NCBI GenBank assembly: GCA_043228905.1 | Contig: JBHGNT010000013.1 | Coordinates: 1,116,001 to 1,180,000, forward strand | Source: Azolla caroliniana | Lineage: Eukaryota > Plantae > Polypodiophyta | Direction of reading: 5' to 3' | Length of the DNA stretch: 64,000 nt | Part shown: positions 1-12,099 of the stretch, in pieces | Numbering within the stretch: the first letter of the stretch is position 1 | Layout: every line of letters begins with the position of its first letter | Made by a program: the position numbers and the translations under genes | The notes under the pieces: generated by a model | The model's database searches: none | Told to the model about the DNA's origin: nothing | What the model saw: only the letters and a program-made list of their open reading frames with translations

Positions 1-523
1 AGCAACGTGCTTACTAGACCCACTCGTGATGCATCAGTGGGATATCGGGAAGGATGCATTTGAATGACTAATCGTAGCTGATTAAGGAATCCTCTGAACT
101 GTGATCGCGTCCCATCAAATTTCATAGGAAGGGCGAACTTGGGTTCTTTATGAATCCCTTGTGTACTTGGACCTTGTTGTTGCAACGCTACAATGGTTGC
201 TTCAAGTTGTTGCACGCGTAATGCTAGTTCCCCATGTTGTTGTTGCAATGCTGCTTTTCTAAGGAGATTTGTTGAAGATCCCCCAATATCCGTTGAATTT
301 CTTGTTCCAATGCGAGAAACTTCTCTTTCAAGCATTGCAACTCTGAGAAAACAGATTGATATTCTTGAGCGCTAATAGTGGCCATAGTATTAGAGAAAGG
401 AGGGATAAGTAAGAAGATAGAAGGACGGACAAAATCAGTTCAAACTGTCAGAAATAATACTTAGAATACAAAGAGGGAATTAGTACTAAAAGATGAGGAT
501 GAGTACTAAGAGGGGTGTAGTAC

Positions 524-594
<71 letters not shown>

Positions 595-872
595 ACAATG
601 ATAACAAAAGATACATATTATATGAAGAGAATATATAGGAATAGCTAAGAGGTTTAAGACCGGCATTGAACCGATTTGGTTCTCAATAATGCCATGTGCC
701 TCTTCTTATAGTGGCTTAGGAATACTCTTGAAATTTCTAAAATGTTCTAGAGAAATCTAGAATATACATGGATTTTTGAAGTGAAATAATAAATGGGAAA
801 AGGTTTCAACCCATGTGACACAAGGTCATGGGTTCAAATCCTTTTGAAGCCATACCATGCTATATCATGACA
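1..872 (-). mobile_element. Ty3/Gypsy Tcn1/Tf2-like LTR retrotransposon, 5' part (5' LTR + gag start; continues left of window)
   Basis: Reverse complement closely matches 4867-5830. LTR 446-872 has TG..CA ends. Decayed gag starts at ATG 385 (-). It interrupts the Copia RT/RNaseH at 873. Confidence 0.9.
446..872 (-). repeat. 5' LTR of Tcn1-like Gypsy, containing a (GA)n microsatellite
   Basis: TGTCATG...TGACA termini on the - strand, homologous to 4867-5333. (GA)n tract at ~527-593. Confidence 0.85.
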
Positions 873-1242
873 CCGGCTGGTATCCACATGAGCTAACATG
901 TCCAAATCACTAAGACCCTCTAACAGTGGCACATGTTCGAGATGTCTCTCAGGTACGAGTATCCACTTTACCAGAGCCCAATGCTCTTTGCCCGGATTGC
1001 TCATGAATTGACTGAGGACTCCGACCGCGTATTCGATGTACGATCTGGTACACACCATCAAGTACATCAGGCTTCTGACTGTTGAAGCATAGGGGACCTT
1101 GCTCATCTCAACCTTCTGCGTCTTCATTTTCGGACATTGTCTCCCATATAGTTTGTTGTTTGTCGGGAGTGTTGAGCCGACCAGTTTCGCGCTTTCCATG
1201 CTGAACCTCTGGAGCACCTTTGTCACATACTTCTCTTGTGAC

Positions 1243-4200
1243 TGTTGGATATGAAGTTCGATATGTATGTGGAAGTATGTGAGGACCTGTAGATTATGTG
1301 CACAGAAAACAACACAGAGATTATGATAGAAGAAAGGATGGAAAGGTAGACACAATTCAAGCTCTAATGGAAGCTCTTGTTATTCTGTAACTCTTACACT
1401 CTCAGAGACTCAAGTCACAAGAAAGTCCTCATTACAATGTTAGGGTTGAGGTTATATACTCAAGCCCTACCTCAAGGACGTGTTCACACTTAGGATACAA
1501 AGTGGAAGGAGTCGGCCTTTTATGCCAACAAATTCCCCCGTAAAGGGACTACTCTTTCCTACATATACAAGTGATTTGGGGTTGTCTCCCCGGTAAACCT
1601 AGATTACAAAGTTAATTTAAATTTATGTTACAAGTCAGTCGGTCATATAACCTAGTCGGCAAAGGTTCGGCTGATTTGAGACGGTTGAATTGACTTGTTC
1701 GAATTGGTTCGTTTGTTGGAGTTGTCTTGTATTCAATTCTCGTTTTCGGCATTGTGTCGATTGTTTGTCATCTACTCGTCCTTGCTCCTGTGTTGTTTCT
1801 TCAGTCCCTTGTGTTTCCGAATCTGTGGACTTCGCTTCTTTGGTGAGTCTGTTCGGGTCGGTTTTCGACTTACCTTCTCCTCCTCGTTCGACTTTCTTCT
1901 GCTCGGTCACTTGTCGTAGTCCCATCTTTGTCCTTAGTGCTCCAAAGCATTGATCTGGGAGTGGCTTCGTCAGGCAATCAACGATGTTCACCACAGTGTT
2001 GATATTCCAGACTTCGAGCTTCTTTTCAGTTACTAGCTCTTGCATGTGATGATACCACACCTCAATATGTTTTGTCTTAGCGTGATAGACAGGATTGTTA
2101 ATGAGGTGTATTGCGCTTTGTGAGTCGCAATAGATGGTTGGCACTGGTCGGTTTTTGACTTACCTTCTCCTCCTCGCAATATGTTTTGTCTGTTCGGGTC
2201 GGTTTTCAACTTACCTTCTCCTCCTCGTTCGACTTTCTTCTGCTCGGTCGCTTGTCGTAGTCCCATCTTTGTCCTTAGTGCTCCAAAGCGTTGATCTGGG
2301 AGTGGCTTCGTTAGGAAATTAGCAATGTTCACCATGGTGTTGATATTCCAGAATTCGAGCTTCTTTTCAGTTACTAGCTCCCGCATGTGATGATACCGCA
2401 CCTCAATACGTTTTGTCTTAGCGTGATAGACATGATTGTTAATGAGGTATATTGCGCTCTGTGAGTCGCAATGGATGGTTGGCACTGGTCAGTCGATTCG
2501 GCTCTTAGCTGAGAAGTCGGCAGTCAGTCGGTGCAGCTAGATCACTTCTTTCGCTGCCTCCGATGCTGCTATGTACTTGACCTCTGTGGTTGATAGAGCC
2601 GTGCACTCTGGAAGCTTCGACCTCCATGATATGGTGCCGCCACCATAGGTGAATATATAGTCTAATGTCGACTTCCGATTGTCCGGATTCCCAACGTAGT
2701 CGGAGTTGGTGTAGCCTTCGACTTCGGTGTGATTTATCGATCCGAAAGTCAACCGTGCATCTTTGATCCCTCTCAGGTATCTGATTTTGTTGTCATTCGG
2801 CAATCAAATGGGGACCTCTCCGATCCCTGCGATTATGCACTCCTGCCCATTGTAGAGTCGGACTATGCCGCTGGCGTGAATAGTTTGAAAACCATTCGAT
2901 GTTCGGGGTCACGTGGACTGTGGCACTAGAATCCAGCAACCTTGTATGTGTGTCTTGCGCACTATAGAGGACTTCTCCAATCATTCAGTCCTCTAAGGAG
3001 AGGATTTCTCTCGATCGGGTGTCGGCAACATTGACTTGGTTGCCGACTCGAGAGTGGTTCGAGTCAGATCGTCCTCGATTCCGCTTGAGTCGCTGATCAC
3101 TCTATTTCATCTTGATCGACCAACAGTCAGAAACATTATGACCAAGTTTTTTGCAATGGGTGCAGAATTCGCTTGATCGATTCGTTCTTGACTTCGACCA
3201 GTGTCGGTCTCCCCTCGTTTTCGATGGGGTATGATTTTGGCCGGATTTGTCGGCTTGTTCTCTCGATTGATTATGTTGGTCGATCGACTTGGTCGAGTGA
3301 TGGGATTCTACCGACTCGTCGATGGTGAGTCCCATCGATTTTCGCCAAATATCCTTTGTGAGGATCTGGCCGCTTGTTTCATCCAAGTTTAGCCTAGGGC
3401 TGTTGTTGGCGAAGGTCGTGCAGAATACTTCCCTACTCGCCGACAAGCTTGATAGGAGGGCAATGGCTTTAACTTCTTCAAAGTTAATCCCTTGGGAGGA
3501 GAGTTCAAACAACACCCGGTTGAAGGTGTTGATGTGGGAGGTTGCTAGGTCCGACTCTCTCATCTTTAAATTGAATAGTTGTCGAATTAGTATCATAAGT
3601 TTCAATGAGGAGGACTTCTTTTCGTACACAACCTACAACTTCTCCCATAACGAGAATGTTGTCGTCTCCTTGGCCATGCTGAAGTAGACATTTCGGCCAG
3701 ATGCATTCAGATGGTGGAGCGTACGATTTCATCTATGTATCTCCACTCTTCAGCTACCATTGAAGCAAGTTTTTCACTGTGTTGAATGGCTTCGACTTGT
3801 CTTTTGATGATCAACACATCCTGCATCATCTCCTTCCACAAGGCATTTGCTATCAAACTTTCGGATTTCAACTCCTGTACCGGATGTTGAAGCCATGTTC
3901 TTTTTGAAAATGAGAGTTTTACTAACCTTGTTTTTTGTTTCAGCTTTCTCTATCATTATGTTGTTGTTAAACAACAAGTCGCTCTGATACCAATTGTTGG
4001 ATATTAAGTTCGATATGTATGCGGAAGTATCTAAGGACCTGTAGATCATGTGCACAACAAACAACACAGAGAGTATGACAGCAGAAAGGATGGAAAGGTA
4101 GTCACAATTTAACCTCTCGTTATTCTGTGACTCTTAAACTCTTAGAGACTCAAGACACAAGAAGGTCCTTGTTACAATGTTATGGTTGAGAAGCCCTAGC

Positions 4201-4259
4201 TAAAGGACGTGTTCACACTTAGAATACAAAGTGGATGGAGTTGGACTTTTATGCCAACA
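1243..4259 (-). mobile_element. Internally deleted (non-autonomous) Ty1/Copia LTR element
   Basis: LTRs 1243-1530 and 3995-4259 (TGTTGG..CCAACA). PBS TGGTATCAGAGC (tRNA-iMet) at 3981-3992 (-). PPT at 1531-1546. TSD GTGAC/ATGAC. Gag + CCHC + protease remnant is joined directly to the RT end/RNaseH. Confidence 0.9.
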
Positions 4260-4866
4260 ATGACAACCACAATAATTTCTTTGTCCGGTCTTGGAAGATG
4301 TGCATCCCCAGGATCTGTCTTGCCGGACCCTTAGCCTTCATTGAGAATGACCTACTCAAGACCTTCTTCAGTAGTCCGATCTTGATATGATCCCGTCCGA
4401 CAATTAACATGTTTTCCACGTACAACAAGAGAACGAGGAAGTCTCCTTCGTTGAACTTCTTCACAAACACGAAGTGTTTGGCCTACTTTTGTGGTACCCT
4501 TGGTTGGTCCTGAAGGATTTGAACTTCCAGTACCATTACCGGGGAGCCTACTTCAGTCTGCAAAAGGCTCTTCTTCAACTGACATACCAGGTTCTCCTTT
4601 CCCTTTTTGACAAATCCTTACGGTTGTTGCATATAAAAATTTTCTTCAAGATCACCATGTAGAAATGTTGTCTTGACATCAAGGTTCATGCTTGCCGCTA
4701 TGCTCTATGCTCTGCACCATCCAGTTGGATGCCATCTTCACCATTGGGGCAAAAATCTAATCCTTTCTTCTTCTGGAAGCCGTTCACCACAATTTGTGCT
4801 TTTTAATATCTTAGTGGATTTCCGGCATCTCCCGGTTTCAGCTTATACATCCACTTGTTCTAGAGT

Positions 4867-7800
4867 TGTCATGAATATGATATGGCAAGTCTCGAACCCA
4901 TGACCTTATGTTACATGGGTCGAGCTCTTGACCATTAGACTATATGTTGTAATATAAAGGATATTATTTTCATTTAAGTTTTACTATAGAAAATTGATAT
5001 ATATTCTAGATTTCTCTGGAACATTCTAGAAACTTCAGGAGAACTCTTGAGAACACTATAAAAGGAGGCACAAGGCATTATTTCGAACCAAATCGGTTCA
5101 ACGCCAGACTTAAGCCTCCTAGCCATCCTTGTATATTCTTTTCACATAATATATCACTATCATCAACATTCTCTCTTTCTCTGTCTCTGTCTCTGTCTCT
5201 GTCTCTGTCTCTGTCTCTGTCTGTCTCTCTCTCTCTCTCCTTCTCTCGAGTGTTCTACACCCTCTTTTCCTCTTAGTACTAATATTCAGCTCCTAGTACT
5301 AATGTCCTCTCTGTCTCAGTACTATTCCTGATAGTTTGAACTGATTTTTCCTCACCTCTTTCCTCCTCTTCCTTTTATCTTATTACATTTCCCTCCCTTC
5401 ATACTAATATCTTATTCCTCTTTCCTCTCATCCTATGGTCACTGTTAGCGCTCAAGAATATCAATCCATTTTCTCGGACCTGCAATGCTCGAAAGAGAAG
5501 TTCCTTGCTTTGGAACAAGAAAATCAACGGTTGTTGGGGGATCTTCAACAAATCTCCTTCGAAAAGCAGCAGATGCAACAACAACATGGGGAACTAGCAT
5601 TACATGTGCAACAACTCGAAGCAACCATAGTAGGGATGCAACAACAAGGACCCAGTACGCAAGGGATTCATAAAGAACCCAAGATCGGCCTTCCCATGAA
5701 ATTCAATGGAATGCGATCTCAGTTTAGAGGATTCCTTAATCAAGCATGATTAGTCATTCAAATGCATCCTTCCCGATATCCCACAGATGCATCACGAGTG
5801 GGTTTAGTAGGCATGTTGTTTAAGTGGCTCAGCTTTGGCATGGTTTGCTCAATTGTTAGAAAAGGAATGTCCTTTACTAAACAATTTTGAAGAGTTTTTA
5901 AGTGAGTTTAAAGCCTATTTTGGAGATACTGACAGCATAAGGACAACAATCAACAAAATCCGACGATTACGTCAGGGTGATCATCCAGCCTCCGCATACG
6001 CTGCAGATTTCCGCCTACTCACCTCCGATATCCCCTAGGATGACCAAGCACTAATGGAAAAATTTCGTTATGGTCTACATAACGATGTCAAGGATTTACT
6101 CTTGACCTTTCCCATTAGAACCAAAGTCATTCACAGAAGAAACTAGTCGCGCGGTGAGATGCGACAATCATCTTTTCGAACGACGTTCGGAACGTTAGTT
6201 CCAAATGCCAAGTGCAAGATCAGGGCTCACCTACGCCTCAATGGTAGCAAAACCTTTTCCAACGGAGTCATATAATGCGTCTCTAGTGAATACTCCAACT
6301 CTGATGGAAATTGACACTACACGTCGTCGCGGACCATAAGCGGAAGAAGAAAAGCAATGACGCCAAGCAAATCGACTATGGCTTTACTGCGGTGGAGCAG
6401 GGCATATTGCAATGAACTATCCCCATAGGCCAAGAAGATAGGTAAACCATTGCTAGTTCTAATTGTACTAAACCCGAGTCTATTTCAGTGGGGATATGTT
6501 ATAGTCCTAATAGTACTAATAGCCCAAATCTATCGAACAAATTTGATGTCCTTAGTAAGTTAGAAGAAGAGTTAAAGGACTAAATCCAGCCAAAATAGGA
6601 GTCGTTTGGTTGGATAACCCTAGATCTGTGCAGCCCATTAGTCGTTCCATTCCCTTTGAGCAAGTTAGCAATGTGTTCTTAGCCCAAGTAATAGTTAGTA
6701 CTAAAAGTACCTCTCTAGTACATGTCTCAACACTCCTAGATTCCGGAGCTAATTCTTGCTTCATGGATAGGAATTTTGCCCAAGCTCATCAGATATCCCT
6801 AAGAAAACTCCCGTGTCCAGCCTCTGTAGTAGTCATTGATGGTCGTCCTATTGCTTCTGGAAATATCATAGAAGAGTCAGAACCTGTTACTATTGTCCTA
6901 GATAATTTAGCGTGTGTAGTATCATTTAATATCATTAGTATCCCAGAACATCCCATTGTTTTGGGATTACCATGGTTCAAATTACATAACCCAGACATAG
7001 ATTGGAGAACAAGAGAAATCCGGTATCGACAAACCCGAGGATCTACTTATAAGATTGCAACCATTTCGCTACATCAGTTGCGTGAGGAAGGACGTAAGGA
7101 AGAAATGTTTCTCTTTGCAGTATTAGTAAAACCCTCCAACACCACTAAAGAGGAGTCCACCATTCAACTTCCAGAGAAGTATCATCATTATGCCAATGTG
7201 TTCGTTAAAGTACAAGCCAATACGCTTCCTCACCATCGACGGTATGATTGCGCCATCGATCTACAATCGGGAAAAGAGCCACCATGGGAACCGATCTACA
7301 ATTTATCACCAACGGAGCTAGAAGTCCTTCGAGCCTATATAGAGGAGAATTTGGCAAGTGGTTTCATTCGACATTTGAAATCTCCAGCCGGCGCACCCAT
7401 TTTCTTCGTCATGAAAAAGGATGGATCACTTCATCTCGTCGTAGATTACCGTGGCTTGAATCAGGTCACCATCAGGAATAGGTATGCACTTCCCCTTATC
7501 TCAAGTCTTTTAGAATGGATCAATGGTGCTAGGCTCGTCACAAAGATCGACTTACGAGGAGCATATAACCTCGTACGGATCCGACCAGGAGATGAATGGA
7601 AGACTGCGTTTCACACCAGATATGGGCACTTCAAGTATACAGTCATGCCATTCGGCCTCACTAATGCACCAATAGTCTTCCAACACATGGCAAATGATAT
7701 ATTCTGAGATCTCTTGGATGTTTTTTGATCATCTATTTGGATGATCTACTGGTTTATTCGAAGACCCAAGAAGAGCATGATTCTCATGTACTGTTAGTAC

Positions 7801-9543
7801 TAAAACGCCTTCGAGAACATGGTCTTTATACAAAGCTGGTAAAATGTAGTTTCGGGTGCAATCAGGTCAGATTTTTGGGCTATGTCATTTCCTCGGAAGG
7901 CATCTCCATGGATCCAACTAAGGTCAAAACGGTGGTAGAGTGGCAGACTCCGCGTTCGTTGCGAGATGTGCAATGCTTTTTAGGTTTTGTCAATTTCTAA
8001 TGCGAGTTTATAGAAGATTACTCAAAGCTTGTTTTGCCCCTCACACAACTTACCAGGAAGGAACAATTGTTCGTTTGGTCTGAAGAAGCAGACATGGCTT
8101 TTGAGATTCTTAAGAAGACATTTACATCATCTCCTATTCTTAGCTCATGTTTATCCGGAAAAACCATTCATCATTGAAGTAGACACGTCAGATTTCACCT
8201 TGGGTAGCATTCTGTCACAACAAGGCGATGAGGAAAAGCTACATCTTGTGGCTTTCCACTCACGCAAGTTTGACGCCACTGAAATGAACTATGAAATTCA
8301 TGATAAGGATCTATTAGCAATAGTGGACTCTTTTACGCAATGGAGGCATTTTCTAGAGGGATCTTCTCATCACGTCACCGTATTCAGTGATCACAAAAAC
8401 CTTGCCTACTTTTGAAAATGCTCGTGTGTTAAATTGACGTCAAGCTCGGTGGGCCCAATTCCTCACTCATTTCGACTTCAAAATTACATATCGGCCGGGG
8501 AAGCAACAAGGGAAGGCAGATGCATTATCACGGCGCTCGTATCTAGCGCCACGTCCTGACGAGCCAACTATCGATAACCAAAAGTAAGTAATGCAGGTCT
8601 TCGGTATGCCCTTGGATTCATACGTTATCGATACCATACGTGAGGACTTGAAGACAAAGGATTTCGCCCAAGCCATTCTAGCACAAATTGATCCCTCTCG
8701 AGCATGTTGTTCACAGTCGCAACAACCAACTACGGACTATCGACAAATTGAATGTCATGATGGATTACTATTCTTTAAGAAACTCTTGTATGTTCCTAAT
8801 GGTTCTTGTCGCCTTCGAGTAGTCCAAAACTATCATGACACATATACAGATGGGCATTTTGGTAGTACTAAAACATTAGATTTAGTACAATGATCATTCT
8901 GGTGGCCCCATATGCCACAATTTGTCGAAGATTTTGTTAAGACTTGTGATACATGTTTTGAGAGCAAAAATGCCAAGGCATCATCCATATGGTTTATGAG
9001 AACCATTACCAATTCCAAGAAAGCCAATCCATTGCTCTAGATTTCATCACAGATCTTCCGGTCTCTAAGGGATTCGATGCGATCTTAATAGTAGTAGATC
9101 GATATACAAAGATAGCCCATTTCTTGCCATGTACTAAGGAAATCTCCAGTGAAGAAACTGTTGAAACTGTCATGTGGGAAGCACCCGATAGTATCATGAG
9201 CGACCGTGGACACTAGTGCGTCTCGAAATTTTGGAAGCACCTCTTTAAAATGCTCAAGGTCACTTGTAACCTCTGCTTTGGCTACCACCCGCAAACAGAC
9301 GGCCAAGCAGAATGAACAAATCAAACGTTGGAGCAGTATCCTCGGTGCTTTCTAAGCTATCATCAAGATGACTGGGCAGATATTCTCCACATTGCCAAAT
9401 TTGCATAGAATAACTTTGTCCACTCATCAACTAGGGTTACACCAGGCACAAGACATTATTTCAAACCAAATCAGTTCAACGCCAGTCTTAAGCGTCCTAG
9501 CCATTCTTGTATATTCTTTTCACATAATATATCGTTGTCATCA

Positions 9544-9603
<60 letters not shown>

Positions 9604-9679
9604 TCCTTCTCTCGAGTGTTCTACACACTCTTTTCCTCTTAGTACTAATTTCCTCTCTGTCTCAGTACTATTCCCGACA
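4867..9679 (+). mobile_element. Ty3/Gypsy Tcn1/Tf2-like (chromovirus-type) LTR retrotransposon, decayed, 3'-deleted
   Basis: 5' LTR 4867-5333 and partial 3' LTR ~9444-9679. TSD AGAGT/GGAGT. PEG10/RTL1-like gag (EPKIGLPMKFNG) from 5435, protease LLDSGA, RT (VDYRGLN, YLDD), RNaseH (NYEIHDKDLLAIV), integrase (SIALDFIT). The integrase end, PPT and U3 are missing. Confidence 0.92.
5435..9440 (+). pseudogene. gag-pol pseudogene of Tcn1-like Gypsy
   Basis: ORF fragments 5435-5749, 5835-6038, 6610-7707, 7725-8000, 8029-8415, 8591-8893 and 8989-9216 lie in gag-PR-RT-RH-IN order, with stops and frameshifts. Confidence 0.9.
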
Positions 9680-12099
9680 GGAGTGGCCTCTTTCCTTTCG
9701 GCAACTCCGTCAGCTCATACGTGTGGTTCTCATGAAGGGAATTCATCTCGTCCTGCATGGTACTTAGCCACTCTCTGATGTGGGTGTCCCTCCTTGCTTC
9801 TTCGAAGCTTTACGACTCACCTTCATTGGTTAATTGGACATATTCCTTCTCCGGAAATCTTCGGGGTGGTCTTCTGTTTCTCAGAGGGTATCTCCTTCCG
9901 CTCTCTCTTCCTCAGCCGACTTGCTAGATTCTTCCTCTTCTACTTCGGCTGGTTTGTCATCCGATTCTGAGTCGACTACTTCTTCCTCTTCGGATCCGAC
10001 CAGATTCCTTGCGGTCGATCCGGCTCCGGCTCCAAATCCGATCTCGTGTTCTTGTTAGGATCCGACTCCCAACTAGCCTTCGACCGATTCGAGTCCCTGT
10101 CCCTGTCTGGATCCAATCCCCGACTGTCCTGCGACCGATCTGACTCCTTGTCCGGATCCGGTTGGCTCCCCTTGTTCTTCAGACAGTGTTCGACTTCCGA
10201 CTAGTCTGGAGGAGGCATTTGTCTTTTCGTTCTCCCAGTCGACTAAGTCCCATAGCTAGTAGCCAATCTCGTCGTCGTCATATCCTAGGAATATGCATGG
10301 CCGAGTCTTTGGGTCCAATTTGCCCCTCTGGTTTTTCGTTGCATGTATGTAGGCAAGATAATCGAACACCCTGAGATACCGTTATGACACGTCTTTGCCG
10401 GTCCACACTGTTTGTGGAATAACTCCGTCCAAGGGTGTTGAGGGTGATCTATTTATCATGTAGACTATTGTCATCAACGTCTCAGACAAAAACGTCTTAG
10501 ACAATTTTGCATGTGCAAGCATGCTTCAGAGTCTCTCCATGATAGTTTGGTTCATTATTTTGGCCAACCCGTTCAACTCTGGCATCTTCGGCATGGTGTA
10601 TTCGAGTCGGATTCCCTTCGATTGATAGTACTCCTCGAATTGCCCTCGATATTCTCCTTCATTATCGGCTCAAACCGCTTTCAATTATCGTCTAGTCTCC
10701 CTGCGGCCCTTGCTTGGTACTCCTTGAAGACCGACAACACCTGGTCCTTGGTCTTCAATACGGAAGCCCAAAACTTCCAGCTACAATAATCTATGAAGGT
10801 CACGAAATATTGTGAACCAGCATGAGACTTAGTGTCCGCATAGCATATGTCTGTATGCATGAGTTCCAGTGACATCTTCTTCCTCATCGGGGGTCTGGAT
10901 CGGAAGGAGGCTCTATTCTGCTTACCGGCCAAGAAATCGGTGCACTTATCAAGTTGCACATTCTTCACCTCTGGAATGAGTTTATTCTCGGCAAGCGTCC
11001 GCATCCCCTTCTCACTCATGTGTCATAGTCTCTTGTGCCACTAACTCACCGGTTGTGCCGGTTGCCACATTTACATACTCCCGACATAATCGAGCATGCA
11101 TCAAATACAATGTGTTTGTCTTCCAGGTTCAGGCCATGATCATGTTTCCCTTGTAGAACTTTAGAGTGTCATTCTGGATGCGCCCCATGTAGCCTTCGTC
11201 ATGTAGCCGACCGACTGATATCATATTCAACCTGACATCCGCAACATGTCGCACATCTTTCAACACCAATCTGCAACCGGTTGACGTTAACAAACACACA
11301 TCTCCAATGTTGACGGTTCGGCATGCTCCTTCATTTCCCATCTTCACAAGACCGTGGTCTCCGGATATGTATGATGAGAAGCATTTTCAGTCGGGGGTCA
11401 AGTGGAACAACGCTCCAGAGTCGACCATCCACATCCTTTCATCGCTGACAATGTTCGTAGTTGAGGTGCCTTTTTTGTCCAGAATCTTCTTTGGCTCCGT
11501 ACCATCAACTCCCCCTTTCTCTTTTCGGAAGTGTCGACGATTCTTCTGGAAATGCCTTGGCTTCCCGCAATAGAAGCAAATACGCCTACCCCTCGACTTC
11601 AAACTTGTCCCTGACTTTTCCCGGTTCTAGGGACTTCTATTGCGTCCTCTTCCCTGGTTCATGTCACCTTTTGTGACTAAGGCCTTCAGGTCAGTTACAG
11701 ACTCTCTATCCTTCCGACGAGCTTCTTCATTTAACAAGCTTGACTTCACCGTCACTAGGGATAGATGTTTCACTTTCGGCCTGGTGTTGCCTAAAGTGAC
11801 AACGAGTGTCTCCCAACTATCAGGAAGGGATCCCAGCAACAACGCCAATACCTCATCGGCAAGAGGTACTTCTAGAGATGTGGTATGATTTATCAGTCCC
11901 TGGAAGGCATTCAGATGCTCCGCCATGCTGGAGCCATCCTGATACTCGAGTTTCATAAACTTCTAGAATATTGAGACTTTGTTGACAACATTTTTGTTCT
12001 TGAACATTACACCGATCTTCTTCTAGAGGATTTTAACATTTGTCTCCTCATTGAAGTTGTTTTATAGACTCGGGTCTATAAAACACCTTATGTATGCAT

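Larger units (their letters stand above)
873..12096 (-). mobile_element. Decayed Ty1/Copia (Tnt1/Tork-like) host element in three pieces: 873-1242, 4260-4866, 9680-~12096
   Basis: Gag (KLEYQDG..EHLNAFQG), zinc knuckle CFYCGKPRHF, protease WMVDSGA, integrase (LELMHTD..YFVTFIDY) and RT (LLLYVENML; KVPYASTV). The reading KKLLWLS|QEKYVTKVL is continuous across the 1243-4259 insertion. Many stops. Confidence 0.9.
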
